Assembly: GCA_018062205.1 (NCBI GenBank)
Contig: JAGOSP010000001.1
Span: 34,810 to 98,809, forward strand
DNA: 64,000 nucleotides
From: Candidatus Moraniibacteriota bacterium
Lineage (GTDB): Bacteria; Patescibacteriota; Minisyncoccia; Moranbacterales; UBA1568
Reading direction: 5' to 3'
Position 1 is the stretch's first letter. Every line of letters begins with the position of its first letter. Shown piece by piece: positions 60,801 through 64,000 of the stretch. The notes beneath the pieces are model-generated. The model saw only the letters and a program-made list of their open reading frames with translations, searched no databases and was not told the origin of the DNA. Made by a program: the position numbers and the translations under genes.

Positions 60801-61146
60801 AAGCTGTACGAATGCTTTGGGCAATGTGACGCCTTTGGCTCTCTGGGATGATACCAATGTACCAAGCAATGCCTTCTCTTTCCCAACGAAAGGTGAGCTA
60901 CATCCGTTGCCGTTCAATGCCACGGAAGGTTTTGATGTTACCTATAGTGGGGTGACAAAATCTGCGGTTGTGCAAGTTGTTTGTATTCCGAATACCTGTT
61001 CGATACCAGCCGCTAAAGAAATAACCGATACCTATTGTTCGGAAACGATACAGGATACGCATGTACCTACTGGTTGCGATGGACTTACTTTGATTTGTCC
61101 GGGAACTAGAAATTGTAATTACAATGTAAAGGAAGTGGCTCCGTAA
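57889..61146 (+). CDS. Large secreted or cell-surface protein (1085 aa) with an N-terminal signal peptide, an internal two-helix membrane hairpin, a PKD-like domain and a Cys-rich C-terminal region
   Basis: Signal peptide MRVSFFVLVGLFFVSSSSLAS. TM-RWKRRRG-TM hairpin encoded at about nt 59270-59400. PKD-like segment TDPDGDNVRYLFDWNRDG...YTFQAKTQD. Multiple Cys-rich and Ig-like segments. Confidence 0.75.
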   Translation: MRVSFFVLVGLFFVSSSSLASEVPANLKALLQKDPQTLTEEERIQAEMLRPIVIPAEPDIQVDTPGAINCFDRYKFGSVQVDLSPSLEQTVPGASMTFSGTIKNVNPYPIVNGNVYVKIFRRDEISDDLAHQNGYPLVDQFSLPDTYDLGSNGEKPISFSWKVPVNAKGGEYYAAFFFQSAYRYNLLGLSFTDDITGNQAQFLVTNPNESQLVAFERNTTTLNGNEYQFASFPPHFKQNEVVTARMEIKNPKDENVTVALIFKHYAWDALRPEALFDTKTELVEVKAHETKTVEYVVNPVNVSVSYIVAEIRDGQSSSFLDIRFVRDGIDETRINFPSIETYPLQAGQEASLFSCVQSTNQPVVRDNILTLTLRDEDGNIIHTYSYQGDVTGKMMAVADSFVPKKTHTRFTLTATLERNGQVFESVTQEYDCDRIDPNLCPKSEGDMFSAMEEDSSLTTGLAIIASTVVLGLVFVGVYRWKRRRGALMTFLSIIFLGGILCGGTAEAKSVAVSIGASGGGYNDGAHFSANVIYSAVVKGKGGMQLYDGDSVPVGQNVYFRPGKKFEFTDLSYFIPTPPMDSPYGWWIEDLWEKGIDPDWAYGVQLHKPTITISQIGTAGLSCWNDGYDCTITSPGTIKPQMTFSAINGRARFSRANPHGGDILVEYPLAISAQKISFSLHAYQPNKPPKAPTLSGPASGNQNALLTFSAKATDPDGDNVRYLFDWNRDGLWDNWSGGGAYVASGTSQSLPYTWSIPGTYTFQAKTQDSKGSLSGWTSKTVTINAFTDGACGVASTNVSGIELSSAPTSGFCNAGNATVVSGTGPWTWSCNGIGTGATNASCQADLFVPAPVVNLTISPASVDLGGSAALTWSVLNPADTCTASSVISTSWNGVRPTSGSEVVVPTASGQYTLTCTNTAKGKSGTKTVGITLNNKLKICENSCDSALDRTGQTFTVNHGADRHLKACFNPYPSCTNALGNVTPLALWDDTNVPSNAFSFPTKGELHPLPFNATEGFDVTYSGVTKSAVVQVVCIPNTCSIPAAKEITDTYCSETIQDTHVPTGCDGLTLICPGTRNCNYNVKEVAP

Positions 61147-61272
61147 AAAGAAGAAAAAAAGAAGGAAAATCCTTTTTTAGGATCTGAATATTTGGAGACT
61201 TACCAGTCTAAGCCTCCCGGGAAAAGCAAGAGAAGTTTCTGTTTTGATCGATGTACGAATAGCAAAGATATT

Positions 61273-61731
61273 ATGCTGTGTCCTTACTGCCATTATTCTG
61301 AAACAAAAGTTGTTGATTCTCGCTTGACTCAAGAGGGGAAGAACGTTCGTCGGCGTCGTGAATGTGAACAATGCCAGACGCGCTTCAGTACACACGAAGA
61401 GCCAGATTTTTATCGAGTGACTGTGATCAAAAAAGATGGTCACCGAGAAATTTTTGATCGAATGAAATTACGGATTGGACTTGAGCGTGCTTTTGAAAAA
61501 CGTCCTCTTGGTGATGAAAAAGTGGCATATGTTCTTCGAGATGTTGAGCGGCTTATTCGCGATCGCGGACTGAAAGACATTACGAGCCGTGAAATCGGTC
61601 GCTTGGTGATGGAGCAACTGCGTGGAGTCGATGAAGTAGCGTATATTCGATTTTTAAGCGTCTATAAGTCTTTTGGGAGTGCGCAGAGCTTTCGGAAGGC
61701 TATCGAAAGTCTTGATGATGAAAAAACATGA
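61273..61731 (+). CDS. nrdR: Transcriptional repressor NrdR
   Basis: MLCPYCHYSETKVVDSR...CEQCQTRFSTHEE zinc ribbon plus an ATP-cone. Start at M28 of the track ORF. Confidence 0.9.
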   Translation: MLCPYCHYSETKVVDSRLTQEGKNVRRRRECEQCQTRFSTHEEPDFYRVTVIKKDGHREIFDRMKLRIGLERAFEKRPLGDEKVAYVLRDVERLIRDRGLKDITSREIGRLVMEQLRGVDEVAYIRFLSVYKSFGSAQSFRKAIESLDDEKT

Positions 61732-63188
61732 GACGTTTTTTGTTGTTGGGTCTCTCGATTGCTTTTCTGCTTGGAATAAGTGCGGGGCTCTTTCTTGATT
61801 GGGGAGAAGCTCGGATTTTGGTTTTCCTGTGTGTGGGAATGATCATTGCTTGGAGCGTCTCTTTCCAAAGAAAAGATGTTTTATTTGTGAGTTGGCTTGG
61901 ATGCTGTGTGATAGTAGGGATGCTGATAGCGACTCATTCAGTCAGAACCTATCAATTATTGGAAGGGAGGACGAATGTGCAAGGTATAGGAGTCGTTCGT
62001 GGGGAGATGTCATTTAGTAGTTTCCATGCTAATTTTGTTACGGAGCTACTTGATTGTGGGCAGGAGATGTGTCCAGAGGAATATGTACTGGTTCGAACAA
62101 GTCGGTACAGGCAATTCTCAGATGGAATGCGAATTCATTTTGGGCCATGTGATTTGCGGCGTCCCGAACAATTTGATCCAAATTTTAATTATTCGATGTA
62201 TCTTGCGAAGGAGGGGGTAGGTTTTATCGCTACCGACTGCCCCTTTGAGTTGATACCTGATCAGAGCGATTGGCTGCGTGGAAAACTTCACCGGGTAAGA
62301 ATCTTCGTGTCCTCTGTTATTGGAGAACGAATATCAGAACCAGAAGCAGGATTGGCCCGTGGATTGATTTTGGGTGGGAGTGATGAACTTCCTGAGTCTT
62401 TGGCTCATGATTTCCGTGTAGTTGGACTTTCTCACATTGTTGCCGTATCGGGGTATAATATTTCAGTTTTAGCGGGAGGATTTTTCCTCATTGGCATTGG
62501 ACTTGGTTGGTATCGAAAGAGAGCGATCTGGATAGCTCTTCTCGGGACGGTACTTTTTGTTTTTTTGGTAGGCGCTCCGGCATCGGCAGTGCGAGCGGCT
62601 ATTGTTGCTATAGCAGGATTTTTGGCCTTTTCGGTATCGCGACCGATGCCCATATTTTCTCTGCTTTGTTTCGCTGCAGTACTCATGCTTTTTGGAAATC
62701 CGCTCCTCCTTCGATATGACATTGGTTTCCAGCTTTCATTTTTGGCCACTTTTGCGATTCTTTTCTCTGCTCCATGGAGAAATCGTTTTAAGAATACGTC
62801 CTGGTTGCTGAGGAATTTTCTTGAAATTTTTCTGACGACATTTTCAGTATTGCTTTTTGTGATGCCGATTACGCTGGTTTATTTTGGAACACTTTCCCCT
62901 TATGCGCTTCTAGCGAATGTCATCATACTTCCTCTTGTCCCCATTGCTTTTTTGCTCACTCTCGGAGTGGTAATTTTCGGTTGGATACCTGGAATAGGTG
63001 CATTTATTGGATGGATTACATATGGTATTCTGCATAGTCTTGTTGTTCTGACAGAGATAATTGCTCGTTTTCCGGGAGCAGACGCATCATATACAGGTGT
63101 TCATTGGTGGGGTGTTTTTGCGTGGTATGGATTTTGTCTTACCTTTTTTCTCTGGCAAGGAAGACGAGCTTCTAAAGGAAAGGAATAA
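61728..63188 (+). CDS. comEC: ComEC/Rec2-family DNA-uptake channel protein, membrane (competence) domain
   Basis: Multi-TM protein with the ComEC core GLARGLILGGSDELPESLAHDFRVVGLSHIVAVSGYNISVL. Confidence 0.85.
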   Translation: MRRFLLLGLSIAFLLGISAGLFLDWGEARILVFLCVGMIIAWSVSFQRKDVLFVSWLGCCVIVGMLIATHSVRTYQLLEGRTNVQGIGVVRGEMSFSSFHANFVTELLDCGQEMCPEEYVLVRTSRYRQFSDGMRIHFGPCDLRRPEQFDPNFNYSMYLAKEGVGFIATDCPFELIPDQSDWLRGKLHRVRIFVSSVIGERISEPEAGLARGLILGGSDELPESLAHDFRVVGLSHIVAVSGYNISVLAGGFFLIGIGLGWYRKRAIWIALLGTVLFVFLVGAPASAVRAAIVAIAGFLAFSVSRPMPIFSLLCFAAVLMLFGNPLLLRYDIGFQLSFLATFAILFSAPWRNRFKNTSWLLRNFLEIFLTTFSVLLFVMPITLVYFGTLSPYALLANVIILPLVPIAFLLTLGVVIFGWIPGIGAFIGWITYGILHSLVVLTEIIARFPGADASYTGVHWWGVFAWYGFCLTFFLWQGRRASKGKE

Positions 63189-63210
63189 TACAAGAGTATA
63201 CTGGTACTAT

Positions 63211-64000
63211 ATGCGTATTCGTACCCTGAGTATTATCGCGCTTCTTTGTTTCTCGGTTCTTTCGGGAGCATTTCTTGTTGTTACCGAGAGATCTTTTTCT
63301 CCCCTGCGGGTTATTTTTTTGGATGTTGGACAGGGTGACGCAATATTGATTTCTCAGGGTCAAACACAAGTATTAATTGATGGCGGTCGGGATGGGAAAA
63401 CATTACTCGGAAAATTAGGACAGCAAATGCCATTTTGGGATAGACAGATTGAATTAATCTTAGCAACGCATCCGGATGCAGATCATATTGGGGGTTTGGC
63501 AGCAGTAATCAGGCGGTATCGTGTGGCGACTTATCTTTCGAATGGAGTTGAAGGTGAAAGTGAAGTTTTTCGCGACTTGAGACAAGCTCTTGATTTAGAT
63601 CGTATGGTAAAGCAATCGGTTGTCGGAACAGGATCAAAAATTATTTTTCCAGGAGGAGCAGAATTACAAGTATTGTTCCCGAAAAATGGTGCAGCTAACA
63701 CGATACGTGAGACGAATGAAGGGAGCGTTGTTGCTCGGCTGGTATCTGGTAATGAGAGTTTCCTTTTGACTGGAGATCTTCCTCGTGAAGAGACGGTTCT
63801 TCCGGGTATTCCACCTACACAAGTGTTGAAAGTAGCCCATCACGGATCGAAGTATTCGACGAGCGAAACATGGCTTACCAAGGTCCGTCCGAAAGCGGCG
63901 GTGATATCTGTGGGAAAGAATCGGTATGGGCATCCGTCGGAGGAGGTACTCTCTCGACTACAAGAGAAAGGAATACGTATTCTTCGGACTGATGAGCAGG
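63211..64000 (+). CDS. comEC: ComEC-associated metallo-beta-lactamase domain protein (3' end lies outside the window); a separate ORF from the ComEC membrane domain
   Basis: ATG at 63211, an ORF open to the window end and absent from the track. Motifs FLDVGQGDA and ATHPDADHIGG (the HxHxDH motif), and HHGS near the end. Confidence 0.75.
   Translation, partial: MRIRTLSIIALLCFSVLSGAFLVVTERSFSPLRVIFLDVGQGDAILISQGQTQVLIDGGRDGKTLLGKLGQQMPFWDRQIELILATHPDADHIGGLAAVIRRYRVATYLSNGVEGESEVFRDLRQALDLDRMVKQSVVGTGSKIIFPGGAELQVLFPKNGAANTIRETNEGSVVARLVSGNESFLLTGDLPREETVLPGIPPTQVLKVAHHGSKYSTSETWLTKVRPKAAVISVGKNRYGHPSEEVLSRLQEKGIRILRTDEQ

Overview
This window is a gene-dense bacterial chromosomal segment. Most of it is moderately AT-rich and made of housekeeping genes, many with only weak or absent Shine-Dalgarno signals.

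Gene order along the window:
- xseB (C-terminal end).
- A korAB-type 2-oxoacid:ferredoxin oxidoreductase pair.
- Two minus-strand Fe-S (SUF) operons: sufS-sufU-ferredoxin-sufT(DUF59), and rrf2-sufC-sufB-short sufD.
- A class I glutamine amidotransferase and a dus gene.
- A visibly GC-richer pyrC plus pyrD-like pair.
- A MacB/FtsX-type ABC transporter and an MsrQ-like membrane protein.
- rplT-rpmI-infC followed by a tmRNA (ssrA) that I identified by eye, then smpB.
- A P-type ATPase, glyQS, yjjX, an M16 peptidase, an AI-2E transporter and rsmI.
- A calpain-like cysteine protease with two small neighbouring genes.
- metG, tatD, the complete F1Fo ATP synthase operon (atpBEFHAGDC), rpsF-ssb-rpsR, efp and gyrB.
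- rplY, an orphan gene, an unassigned promoter-to-terminator small RNA, and pth.
- An LCP-family protein, lepB, hisS, a HIT protein, rpsU, a GatB/YqeY protein and dgkA.
- ftsA-ftsZ, a 1085-aa PKD-containing surface protein, nrdR, and a split comEC.

No CRISPR array, rRNA, canonical tRNA or obvious transposase was found.

The most interesting items are:
- The bacterial calpain-like (peptidase C2-type) protease locus.
- The consensus-promoter/terminator-bounded unassigned sRNA at about 48.4 kb.
- The tmRNA with a long predicted tag.
- The GC-rich pyrimidine gene pair, which looks horizontally acquired.
- A GC-rich 51-codon ORF behind a structured leader upstream of korAB.
- A 12-nt motif shared immediately upstream of two aminoacyl-tRNA synthetase start codons.

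The gene content suggests an anaerobe. It has ferredoxin-linked 2-oxoacid oxidation, SUF, and many short lineage-specific hypotheticals. The genome is possibly reduced, and a Patescibacteria/CPR-like affiliation is inference only.
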